Shown in pieces: positions 51,627 to 60,420 of a DNA stretch of 64,000 nt (position 1 is its first letter; the number at the start of each line of letters is the position of its first letter). The notes below the pieces were generated by a model that did not search any database, was not told where the DNA came from, and saw nothing but the letters and a program-made list of their open reading frames with translations. A program made the translations under genes and the position numbers. Origin of the DNA: Thermoanaerobaculaceae bacterium (GTDB lineage Bacteria > Acidobacteriota > Thermoanaerobaculia > Multivoradales > UBA5704); NCBI GenBank assembly GCA_963717295.1, contig OY970330.1:2117902-2181901 (forward strand), written 5' to 3'.

Positions 51627-53048
51627 TCATGACATCTCCGCCTGCGGCCACAACCAATCGCTGACCACCTTCTCCACCGGCAAGGCATACCTGTCACGTT
51701 TCAATCGCCAGCGCGCCAGGGCCCTCGCGGGGCGTGTCCAGGGCGCTCCCCGATTCCAGGCGAGGCGCTGGTAGAACTTGAAGCGCTCGATGCGGCGGTG
51801 TCTCTCAGGGCTCACCCAGGGACCGGCGGAGCCGATGAAATCGAAGCGGGCCCAGTCGTCCAGGGTGCTCGGCAGGACATAGCCGTCGCGGACGGCGTCG
51901 TCGGTCAGCGCGGAGCCGGGGTAGGGTTTGAAGTAGAAAATCGGCGTTTCGAAACCGGGCGACAGGGAACGCAGGCGCTTCGCCACGTCGAGCGAGGCCT
52001 GGACGCTCTCGTCGTCCTCTCCCGGGAAGCCGACGATGAAGGGAAAGATCACGTTCACGCCGTGGCGCAGGCACTTCTCGGCACTCTCGAAAACCTGCTC
52101 CAGCTTGATGTCCTTCTTGATGCGGTCCATCGTCGCCTGCGAGCCGGACTCGACGCCGACGATCACCCGCCTCAAGCCCGAACGCCGGCACTTCGCCATC
52201 GCCTCCTCGGAGAGCCGCGCTCCCTGGTCGGCCCGCATCGTCGCCGCCCAGGTGATCGGGATCTGGCGGCGCAAGAGCTCGTCGGCCACGGCCTCGACCC
52301 GCGGCGCGTAGGTGAAGTAGGTCTCGTCCTGAAAGGATAGATCGTCGAAGCCGTAGCGGCGATACAGCTCTTCGATCTCCTGGCCCATGCGCTCCGACGC
52401 GAGCCCGATCCATTTGCGCTTGTAGACGAACGGATCGGCGCAGAAGGCACAACGGAAGGCGCAGCCCTGGGAGGAGATGTAATCGAGCTGGCGCTTGCCC
52501 TTGAGCTCGAAATAGCGCTCGACAGGCAGCATTCGATAGTCGTGCGGACGCAGAGTGTTGAGATCGGCGAGCGGGCGGGGCGGGTTCTGGCGGATGGTGC
52601 CGTCCGCGGCGCGAACCATGCAGCCCGCGCACCCGCAAGCCGCGATGGGCTCCCCCGCCGCCAGCCGGTCGCAGATCTCGTGAAAAGTGACCTCGCCCTG
52701 AGCCTGGACGGTGACGTCCACGCTCGGCTCCTCCAGGCACTCGGTGCCGAACATCGACGGGTGCCAGCCGCCCCAGATCACCGGCAGGTCCGGCCGGTAG
52801 GCCTTGGCCGCCCGCGAGATCGCCACGGCGTCCGCGATCGGCGCGCCGGTCAACACCGTCACGCCCAGACAGAGGGCGCCATCGAGAGCCGCGAGCACGG
52901 CCCCGGCCGGATCGGCTTCGAGGCGGCCGTCGATGATCTGCACCTCATAGCGCTCGGGATCGAGATGCGAGCCCACGGCGACGAGCGCGAGCGGCATCGT
53001 GTAGAACACAGCCCGTGGGTTGTAGAGCACGACGCGATGGCGGCTCAT
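51627..53048 (-). CDS. Cobalamin-binding radical SAM enzyme (paralog of 46515..48020)
   Basis: Start MSRHRVVLYNPRAVFYTMPLALVAVG (B12-domain-like), cluster CAFRCAFC. ATGA overlap with the upstream gene. The ORF-track start at 53264 is rejected as an over-extension. Confidence 0.8.
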   Translation of the reverse strand: MSRHRVVLYNPRAVFYTMPLALVAVGSHLDPERYEVQIIDGRLEADPAGAVLAALDGALCLGVTVLTGAPIADAVAISRAAKAYRPDLPVIWGGWHPSMFGTECLEEPSVDVTVQAQGEVTFHEICDRLAAGEPIAACGCAGCMVRAADGTIRQNPPRPLADLNTLRPHDYRMLPVERYFELKGKRQLDYISSQGCAFRCAFCADPFVYKRKWIGLASERMGQEIEELYRRYGFDDLSFQDETYFTYAPRVEAVADELLRRQIPITWAATMRADQGARLSEEAMAKCRRSGLRRVIVGVESGSQATMDRIKKDIKLEQVFESAEKCLRHGVNVIFPFIVGFPGEDDESVQASLDVAKRLRSLSPGFETPIFYFKPYPGSALTDDAVRDGYVLPSTLDDWARFDFIGSAGPWVSPERHRRIERFKFYQRLAWNRGAPWTRPARALARWRLKRDRYALPVEKVVSDWLWPQAEMS

Positions 53049-54106
53049 GCGCTTCCTTCCCGTAGCGACAAAGAGCAGACACAGCGCCGGCAGATGGGAT
53101 CGCGCGCCGTGTCGAGAGTCTGGCGCCACGAGATCGCGGCCGGCGAGTTGAGAATCGCGCCCAGGCTCTCCGCATGCCTCACGTTTCCCAGCGGCGGCTG
53201 GAAGAAACAGGGGCGCACGGAGCCGTCCGCCTCGACGACGGCGGAGACCCAGGGGGCATTGCACTCAACAGGGGCGAAATCGCCTTCGGCGAGCAGGGCG
53301 GCGAAATGACGCAACAGCCGGCGCCCGAGCTTCTCCGGGCTCTCGGCGATGAAACCGCTCGCGAAGTCGGCGGCGCGCTCGATCGTCAGGGCCTCCAGCT
53401 CCGCGGCCAGAAGGGGCAGATCCTCACGGCGGAGCGCGACCTCGGCGGCGCGGTCGTCGCCCCAGCCGCCGGGACGGTTGAAGGCTTCGCTGGTGACGTC
53501 GGCGGCGAGGAAGCTCAAGCGGTCGAGCCCAAGCTCGTGGGCGGCTGCCACGGTCGCCCGCAAAACGTGGAAGTTCGGCCGCTGCACCGTGCAACGGCCG
53601 GAGACGGCGATGCCGGGACCGGCGGCGCGCACGGCGGCGACGCCCTGCGCCAGGCGGTCATAGGCACGAGGAACATCGCGGATGAGATCGTGAACCTCGC
53701 GGGGGCCGTCGAGGCTGACGACGACATCGTCGCAGACTCGGGCGAGCGCCGTGGCATCGCGGGCGAGGAGCAGGCCCGTCGAAAGGATGGTGATGCCGAT
53801 GCCCGCGTCGTGGAGATGGGCGCAGAGGTCCCAAAGATGGCTATGGAGCAGGGCCTCGCCGCCCGAGAGCACCACCCTTCGGACGCCCAAAAGCTGCCAC
53901 TCCCCGAGCCAGCGCTCCACCTCGGCCGCCGAGATCTCCTCCCGTCCCTTGTCGCGCCAGATGTCGCACATCAGGCAGCGGCAGTTGCAGCGGCTGTGAG
54001 GGTAGAGGATCAGGATGGGCAGCCGGGTCACCGGATCTTCGCGAGGCAGCGCCGGGAGAACGGGCGCGGCGACCTCCGGTCTGGGGGCGGGAGCGAGGAC
54101 CGTCAT
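53045..54106 (-). CDS. Radical SAM protein with C-terminal SPASM/twitch-like Cys cluster
   Basis: CNCRCLMC near the N-terminus (start MTVLAPAP...). C-terminal CNAPW...C...CRRCVCS. ATGA overlaps on both sides. Confidence 0.7.
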   Translation of the reverse strand: MTVLAPAPRPEVAAPVLPALPREDPVTRLPILILYPHSRCNCRCLMCDIWRDKGREEISAAEVERWLGEWQLLGVRRVVLSGGEALLHSHLWDLCAHLHDAGIGITILSTGLLLARDATALARVCDDVVVSLDGPREVHDLIRDVPRAYDRLAQGVAAVRAAGPGIAVSGRCTVQRPNFHVLRATVAAAHELGLDRLSFLAADVTSEAFNRPGGWGDDRAAEVALRREDLPLLAAELEALTIERAADFASGFIAESPEKLGRRLLRHFAALLAEGDFAPVECNAPWVSAVVEADGSVRPCFFQPPLGNVRHAESLGAILNSPAAISWRQTLDTARDPICRRCVCSLSLREGSA

Positions 54107-54870
54107 CGCCTCTCCAGCTCCAGCAGATAGTGATCGGAAAGCCAGGGCAGCGGAGGCACGGTCTCCAGCCGGCGCTCCCACTGGGCAAGGGAGGCCAGCA
54201 GGCGAGGATGGGCTTGGGCCCAGGGCTCCCACTCCGTCGGCGGCAGCAGCGCGCCGACCGCGCTCAGCCGCAAAGGGCGGAACGCGGGAGCCAAGGCGCG
54301 GCGCAGGGTCGAGGGAGCCGGATAGCGGACGGTGATGCCGCGCCATTCGACGCCGCCGCGCCGCAGCCGGCGGAAAGCCTTGCCAATCTCGCCCCGCGGC
54401 AGGAACCCCGCCCACTCCCAGGGAACGAAAGGCCCCATGACGCACAGCAGAACCGCACCGCCCGGTCGCACCAGATCGCCCAAGGTCCGCCCGAGACCGG
54501 CCAGGTCCGCCACGCAGTTGAGCCCGCCGAAATCAGAGAAGGCGCCGTCGAAGGGGCCGGAGAGAGACGAGAGATCCTCGATCGCCAGCCGCCGCGTCTC
54601 GATCCTCTCCGAAAGGCCAGCCGCCGCCACTTTGGAGCGGGCCTGCTCGATCATCGATTCCGCAGCGTCCGTCGCGACCACTCGAACGCTCCGGCGGCCC
54701 AGATGGACCGCGTCCTCGCCCGTGCCGCACGCCATCTCCAGAACGCGATCGCCGGAAGCAAATCGGGCGTCCAGTCGATGCTGTACCGCTTGGCGCAGGA
54801 GCGCTCCAAGAGGCGTGGAGGTAAAGTGGAAATCGTAACCGGCGGCCAGCGAGTCGAATCCCAGGGTCAC
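54103..54870 (-). CDS. Class I SAM-dependent methyltransferase
   Basis: VLEMACGTGEDAVHL (motif I), acidic loop VVATDAAESM. Confidence 0.75.
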   Translation of the reverse strand: MTLGFDSLAAGYDFHFTSTPLGALLRQAVQHRLDARFASGDRVLEMACGTGEDAVHLGRRSVRVVATDAAESMIEQARSKVAAAGLSERIETRRLAIEDLSSLSGPFDGAFSDFGGLNCVADLAGLGRTLGDLVRPGGAVLLCVMGPFVPWEWAGFLPRGEIGKAFRRLRRGGVEWRGITVRYPAPSTLRRALAPAFRPLRLSAVGALLPPTEWEPWAQAHPRLLASLAQWERRLETVPPLPWLSDHYLLELERR

Positions 54871-56252
54871 GCCTCCACCTCCCCCGCCAGCACCGCCATC
54901 GCCTCCCGCGCCGCCAGCGCCTCGGCCTTCTTCGCCGCCGCGAGACCCGGATCATCCATCGCGCGGTGCGCCGCCACCTCGCCGCGCAGCCAGCGGTCCG
55001 CCTGCTTGTAATAGGCCTTCGAGCGCCGGCCACGGATCGCGTAGTCGCGGTCCGTCCCGTCCTCCCAGGTTTTGGTCGCGGTCACCCGATCGGCGGCGTC
55101 CTTGAAGTAGCCGGTGTTCTTGATCGGATAGGCCACGGTGGTGAAGAAGACGTCCGGGTTCGCCTTCTTCACGTGCTCGACGGTGGCCTCCATGTCCTCC
55201 AGGGTCTCGCCCTCGTAACCCCACATGAGGAACATGCCCACCTGAATGCCGTGGCGTTGCGCGGCGTGGGTGGCCCACTGCACCTGCTCGGCCGTGACGC
55301 CCCGCTCCATGGCGTCGAGAATGCGCTGGCTGCCGCTCTCCGAGCCGATCCAGATGCGGTAGCAGCCCAGCTCCGCCAGGGTCTCCAGCACTTCGTCGCG
55401 CATCATGCGGTCAGCACGGGAAATGGTTTCGAAAGGGAGGCGCAGTCCCCGCCGCTTCAGCTCGGCCGAGTACTCGTAGAGCCACCGGTGATTGATCGTG
55501 AAGACGTCGTCCGCGTACCAGACCTGATCGGGCTGCCAGCGGTCGCGGATCTGCTCCAGCTCGCCCGCCACGTCGGCGACGCTGCGCCGGCGGTGCGTGA
55601 AGCCGAAGACGGCGTGCGAGCACCAGCGGCATTTATAAGGGCAGCCGCGGGCCGTGCTCAGATTGACGCTCCCCATGCCGTGGTGCGTGCGCCAGACTTC
55701 GACGTAACGCTGCTGATCGATCTGCTCGCGGTCGGGCCAGGGCAGCGCATCGAGATCGGCGATCTGCGTCCGCTCCGCATTGTGAACGACGGCGCCCGTC
55801 TCGTCGCGAAAGATGGTGCCGGCGACGCCGTGGAGGCGGTGGGAGCCGCGTTGCGCGAGGGCCGGCAGCAGCTCGGCCATCGTCTCCTCCCCTTCCCCGG
55901 TCACGATGACCGAGGCGCCGTGATCCAGATACTCCTCGGGATAATTGGCCGACTCGGGGCCGCCCAGCACGACCGTCCAGCCGTGATCGCGGGCGAAGAC
56001 GGCGATCTCGATCACCGGCCGCCGCGTCATCAGGTTGGTGTAGATCCCCAGGACTCCCGGTCCCTCGGCGAGACGCGCGAAGAGATGCTCGCGATTCGCG
56101 AACGTAGTGTCGAACATCTCCACGCCGAAACCTTTCTGGCGCAGGTAGGAGGAGATATAGAGCAGACCCAGCGTCGGGTACGGCTTCATGATCTCCCGCT
56201 CCTTCTCGTCCTCCGAGAGAAAGTAGCCGTGAGTGAGCAGGACGTCGGGCAT
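54867..56252 (-). CDS. Cobalamin-binding radical SAM enzyme (subtype with N-terminus LLTHGYFL..D.KE...M.PYP.LGLLY)
   Basis: B12-binding-like N-terminal domain. Cluster CPYKCRWC. Radical SAM core GSESGSQRILD. Confidence 0.85.
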   Translation of the reverse strand: MPDVLLTHGYFLSEDEKEREIMKPYPTLGLLYISSYLRQKGFGVEMFDTTFANREHLFARLAEGPGVLGIYTNLMTRRPVIEIAVFARDHGWTVVLGGPESANYPEEYLDHGASVIVTGEGEETMAELLPALAQRGSHRLHGVAGTIFRDETGAVVHNAERTQIADLDALPWPDREQIDQQRYVEVWRTHHGMGSVNLSTARGCPYKCRWCSHAVFGFTHRRRSVADVAGELEQIRDRWQPDQVWYADDVFTINHRWLYEYSAELKRRGLRLPFETISRADRMMRDEVLETLAELGCYRIWIGSESGSQRILDAMERGVTAEQVQWATHAAQRHGIQVGMFLMWGYEGETLEDMEATVEHVKKANPDVFFTTVAYPIKNTGYFKDAADRVTATKTWEDGTDRDYAIRGRRSKAYYKQADRWLRGEVAAHRAMDDPGLAAAKKAEALAAREAMAVLAGEVEA

Positions 56253-56272
56253 GATGCCTCTTACTCCAAATC

Positions 56273-57766
56273 CTAATTCCAGGTCCGCGAAAGATCCGGC
56301 GCGGCGAGCTCGGCCCAGGTGCGGTGCACGGCCGTGGGCACGGCGCTGCGCGACACCGGCTCCAGGCGCTCCAGCTCACGCCAGTCGTCGTTCAGGCGGT
56401 CCATCTCCGGCCCCGGCTCTTCTCCCTCGCGCTGCCGCAGGCGCAGCTCGAGGTCGCGGTGCACGAGCAGCCGCAGACGGCGATAGAAAGGCGTCTGGTA
56501 GGTGCCCTGGAACATCATGGCGAGGTCGTTGCTGTCGTGCCAGTGAGTCTTCTCTCCCAGCTCGGCCTGGACCATGTCGAAGAACCGGGTGCCGGGCAGC
56601 GGATAGGAGACGCTGACGCCGACGTCGTCCGGCAGGACCTCCCGCACCAGCTCGACCGTGGCGCGGATGTCCTCGAAGGTCTCGCCGGGATATCCGAACT
56701 GGAGGAACCAGCAGGCGCGGATGCCGGCCTGCCGCAGGCGCCGGGTGGCGTCGACGATCTGGCTGACGCGGGTGCCCTTGTCCATTGCGTCGAGAATCTT
56801 CTGGCTGCCGCTCTCGGCGCCCAGCCACACCTCGACGCAGCCGGCGCGGGCGAGGCCGTCCACGGCGACGGGGGTCATCAGGTCGGCGCGCGACTGAATG
56901 GTGAACGGAATCACCGCATCGCGCGCCGCCACCTCCAGGGCCAGCTCGGCGACCCACTTCGGCTGCAGGCCGAAGATGTCGTCCGCGAACCACAGGTGGT
57001 CGGGCCTGAGGGTGCCCTTGACCAGGGCCATCTCCTCGGCGACGTTGGCCGGCGAGCGCATGGCGTAGCGCCGGCCCCAAATGGGCTTCGCGCACCAGTT
57101 GCAGTGGAACGGACAGCCGCGGGTCGTCACCAGGTTGAGGCTGTACCGGCCGTGCGCCTGCCGCCAGGCGGCGCGGTAGCGCTCGACGTCGAGGAGGTCC
57201 CAGGCCGGAAAGGGAAGGAGGTCGGGCTGGCGCTCGGGCTCCCGGGGCGGCGTGCGCCGCGCGCCGTCGTCCGCCTGGGCGTCGGGAAGGACGAGCCCGG
57301 CCACGGCCTCGACCGGCCGCGCCGAGCGCCCGGTCAGCACGTCCAAAAGCTCGCAGAGCGTATGGTCCGCCTCGCCCCCCAGGCCGTAGGCGACGCCGGC
57401 CTCGAAGTACGGCTGTGGGTGATCGGTCAAATCGGAGCCCGCGGCGAGCACGGTGATGCCGCGCTTGCAGGCCAGCCGGCTCATGCGGCAGGCCGCCTCC
57501 CGCGCGTGGCCCAGGCACATCTTGGTGAGGAAGTTGAAGCTGTCCTCATAAATCGCCACGAAGCGGGGCCGGTGGCGGTCGAGCGCCTCGGCGAGCTCTT
57601 CCTCCCCCGCCGCGAGCATGGCGTCGAAGAGGGCCACGTCATAGCCGCTCCGGCGCAGCATGGCGGCGGCGTAGAGGGTGGCGAGCGGCGCGTAGGGACG
57701 CATCTTCTCGACCTGCTTGGGATCGTTGCGCAGGAAGAACGAGTGGGCGAGGAGGACGTCAGCCAC
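56273..57766 (-). CDS. Cobalamin-binding radical SAM enzyme (paralog of 54867..56252)
   Basis: MADVLLAHSFFLRNDPKQVEKMRPYAPLATLY. Cluster CPFHCNWC. GAESGSQKILD. Confidence 0.85.
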   Translation of the reverse strand: MADVLLAHSFFLRNDPKQVEKMRPYAPLATLYAAAMLRRSGYDVALFDAMLAAGEEELAEALDRHRPRFVAIYEDSFNFLTKMCLGHAREAACRMSRLACKRGITVLAAGSDLTDHPQPYFEAGVAYGLGGEADHTLCELLDVLTGRSARPVEAVAGLVLPDAQADDGARRTPPREPERQPDLLPFPAWDLLDVERYRAAWRQAHGRYSLNLVTTRGCPFHCNWCAKPIWGRRYAMRSPANVAEEMALVKGTLRPDHLWFADDIFGLQPKWVAELALEVAARDAVIPFTIQSRADLMTPVAVDGLARAGCVEVWLGAESGSQKILDAMDKGTRVSQIVDATRRLRQAGIRACWFLQFGYPGETFEDIRATVELVREVLPDDVGVSVSYPLPGTRFFDMVQAELGEKTHWHDSNDLAMMFQGTYQTPFYRRLRLLVHRDLELRLRQREGEEPGPEMDRLNDDWRELERLEPVSRSAVPTAVHRTWAELAAPDLSRTWN

Positions 57767-58457
57767 GCCGGATCAGCTCCAGAGCGAAAAACGTTCCCAG
57801 CGAGCGGAAGCCCGGCAGGCTGGAAGCCGCACGCTCCCAGCTCATCCTTTGATCTCCAGAGTCGTCCACGGATCGGAATATACCCTGTCCGCTTGAAGCC
57901 GAGACCACGAAATCGCGAGCCAATACACGGGCGAGCTCACGCGGCGTCCACAGACGGTGCGGCACCTCGGTGCCGGCGATACGGACGGCGAGCGTCCGCC
58001 GGTGCCTGCGCCACCGGTTCAGGACGTGCAGAAAGAGGACGCCTCCAGGCCGCACCAGCCGTGCCGCGCCGGCGGCGAAACCGGTGAGGTCCGCGACGGC
58101 GTTGAGGCCGGCGAAGGTGGAGATCAGCCCATCGAAAGGACCCTCCAATCCGGCCTCGTCCAGGCGATTGAGATCGGCGACGACCGTGGGGACCGAGGGC
58201 GCCTTCAGGGTCAACAGGGACAGCATGCCCGGGGAGAGATCGCAGGCCGTCACGGCGACTCCGCGACCCACGAGATGGAGCACGTCGAGGCCCGTGCCGG
58301 CGGTGACGTCCAGCACCCGCGAGCCGGGAGGATACAGGGCGTCGAGCCGCTCCCACAGCCGCTCCCGCACCCAGGTGGACGGCGCCACCGCTCTCTCGTA
58401 GTCCGCGGCGATGGCGTCGTAGGCGGTCCGGGCCGGGGAGACGGGAGAGTCAGGCAT
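57759..58457 (-). CDS. Class I SAM-dependent methyltransferase
   Basis: Internal start MPDSPVSP. VLDVTAGTGLDVLHL (motif I). 8-bp overlap with the downstream radical SAM gene. The ORF-track start at 58655 is rejected. Confidence 0.7.
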   Translation of the reverse strand: MPDSPVSPARTAYDAIAADYERAVAPSTWVRERLWERLDALYPPGSRVLDVTAGTGLDVLHLVGRGVAVTACDLSPGMLSLLTLKAPSVPTVVADLNRLDEAGLEGPFDGLISTFAGLNAVADLTGFAAGAARLVRPGGVLFLHVLNRWRRHRRTLAVRIAGTEVPHRLWTPRELARVLARDFVVSASSGQGIFRSVDDSGDQRMSWERAASSLPGFRSLGTFFALELIRRG

Positions 58458-58478
58458 GGGTAGGGATGATGCTATCCG

Positions 58479-58517
58479 AACAAAAAGACCCTCATCACCC
58501 CGGGTGAGGGGGTGAGG
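58479..58517 (-). terminator. Intrinsic terminator-like GC hairpin plus U-tract after 58495..60420
   Basis: Minus strand reads CCCTCACCCCCTCACCCGGGGTGATGAGGG followed by TCTTTTTGTT. Confidence 0.4.
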
Positions 58518-60420
58518 GTTCGGGGGTGGGACCGTCGACCGCGCGCAGCACGACCTGAGGCGAGCGGTTGAAGGCGACCCGGCCGGTAGGACATTCGACC
58601 GCCACATGGTAGCTCCCCGCTCCGGGCGCCACGAAGTCGGCTTCGTAGACTCCATCGCCCACGGGGCGGGCCGGCAGCCGCGACTGCCAGGAGCCGGAGG
58701 AGAGGAAGGCCATCACCTGGACGTCGGCGAGGCCGTCGACCGGCTCGTTCGTCGTGGGATCGGTCAGGCGGAAACGCAGGTGCGCCGCCTGACCGGCGGT
58801 CACCGTGCGGCTCGCGATCTGGGGCGCCACGCCGTACGGCCGTTCACGCAGCCGCTTCGCCGCGAGCACGGGGTCCGCAGCCACGGTCACGTCGAAGCAG
58901 TGCACGGTGCGCGGCGTGTCGAGGAAGAAGGCGAGGCGGTACCGGCCCGGCCCGGGCATGCGGGCGACGGTCTCGTAATTTCCCGGCGAGCGCTCCTTCA
59001 GGCTGCGGTCGACGACCAGCACGGCGCGCGGGTGGCCGCCGTAGTCCTGGAAGCTCCCCATGGGCGCCGCCATGCCCTCGCGATAGTAGTAGATGGCCCC
59101 GTCCGCCGCATTGGCGACCAGCATGCCCCCAGGCTCGGGCGCCCGCACGATGGCGTCGGGGCGCGTCGACAGATCGCCCGGCGGGTTCATGAGACCGGGC
59201 GGGTGCTCGCCGCCGGGGAAATCGGCCACGGAAAGCGCGTGCCCCTTCTCGCCCAACCCGGCCAGGGTGATCATCAGCACGCTGTCGCTCTCGCGCTGGC
59301 GCACGTAGGCGAGAGTGTCGGAGAACACGACCTGCTCCGGGGTGCCCGGAACCTCGCCGCTCTGCACGAAAGTGCCGGCCGCCACGTCGAGCACGTGGAC
59401 GCGGCGGGCCTGTGCGTTGGCCACGATGGCGAAGCGGCCGCCGGGGGCGAAACGCAGCGGGCCGAGGCCAGGCTCGGCGGCGTTGATGGTCGTCCGGATC
59501 TGCAGGTGCTCGGGGTCGGCGACGAACACCTTCCCCGCCTCGCCCGCCACGGCATAGACGGCGTGGCCGAGCGTCGACCAGGCGACCGAGGTCGGCGCCG
59601 CGGGTAGCTCGATCTCCCCGAGCTTCACCAGCCGCGCGGTGTCGATCACGGCCAGGGTCTTTGCCTTGCCGTCGGTGACGAACAGGCGACGGCTGTCGTC
59701 GGAGAGCACGAGATCTCGTCGCGGCTCCCCGGGCTCAGCGACGCCGATCGGAATCCGTCCAAGAAGCTTGAGACTCAGGGTGTCGATCGCGGCGACGCCC
59801 GCCGCTCCGGCGACCCAGAGCCTGCCGCCGTCGGGCTCCAAAGCAAGCCGGCCGGGATGCGGGCCGGCGTCGAGCTGGGCGAGCACCTTCCAGTCCGCCG
59901 TGTCGACCGCCGCCACCTTGCCGGCGGCCGGCTGCGAGACGTAGAGGCGGGCGCGGTCTTGGGACAGCACCCAGTCCTCCCCCGGGCTTTCGAGCTTCAC
60001 CTGGGCGAGGAGCTTGCTGCCGCCGAAGCCGGAGAGCGGATCGATCACCGCCACCGTCGCGTCGTCGTTGAGCGCCAGCACCTTGTAGGCGTTCAGGTCG
60101 ACGGCCGGACGGCGGAAGAAGCTGCCGCTGAGCATCTGCTCCACCGTCTCGGTGCAGGAGACGCCTTTGCCCGCACCGCGCGCCATGGCCGAATCGAGCC
60201 AGGCGGCGGGCGAGGCGCCGGCGAGCGGGGTGCCCGTCGCCACGTCGGAGAGCCGGAAGCGGATCACCGTCTCCTGCCCTTCTTTGAGATCGGGGAGATC
60301 GGGCACCGCCGCAAGCTCGATGGCGATTCCTTTCTCGACCGCGCGCATCTCCCCGGCCCGGACGGCGAAAGGGCCGGGGAGGACGAGCGCGGCGAGCAGC
60401 GGCAGGACGAGTCGCGGCAT
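58495..60420 (-). CDS. Secreted protein with YVTN-type beta-propeller repeats and C-terminal Ig-like region
   Basis: Start MPRLVLPLLAALVLPGPFAVRAG (signal peptide) in ATGA overlap with the oxidase stop. Repeated ~40-aa blocks (RLYVS..., RLWVAG..., RLFVTDG..., KVFVAD...). Confidence 0.6.
   Translation of the reverse strand: MPRLVLPLLAALVLPGPFAVRAGEMRAVEKGIAIELAAVPDLPDLKEGQETVIRFRLSDVATGTPLAGASPAAWLDSAMARGAGKGVSCTETVEQMLSGSFFRRPAVDLNAYKVLALNDDATVAVIDPLSGFGGSKLLAQVKLESPGEDWVLSQDRARLYVSQPAAGKVAAVDTADWKVLAQLDAGPHPGRLALEPDGGRLWVAGAAGVAAIDTLSLKLLGRIPIGVAEPGEPRRDLVLSDDSRRLFVTDGKAKTLAVIDTARLVKLGEIELPAAPTSVAWSTLGHAVYAVAGEAGKVFVADPEHLQIRTTINAAEPGLGPLRFAPGGRFAIVANAQARRVHVLDVAAGTFVQSGEVPGTPEQVVFSDTLAYVRQRESDSVLMITLAGLGEKGHALSVADFPGGEHPPGLMNPPGDLSTRPDAIVRAPEPGGMLVANAADGAIYYYREGMAAPMGSFQDYGGHPRAVLVVDRSLKERSPGNYETVARMPGPGRYRLAFFLDTPRTVHCFDVTVAADPVLAAKRLRERPYGVAPQIASRTVTAGQAAHLRFRLTDPTTNEPVDGLADVQVMAFLSSGSWQSRLPARPVGDGVYEADFVAPGAGSYHVAVECPTGRVAFNRSPQVVLRAVDGPTPEPSPPHPG

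Noticed and set aside
53049-53264. N-terminal extensions of ORFs 51627..53264, 53045..54445 and 57759..58655
   Set aside because: The extensions overlap upstream genes and are low-complexity. Internal Met starts coincide with ATGA/4-8-bp overlaps and begin recognisable domains.
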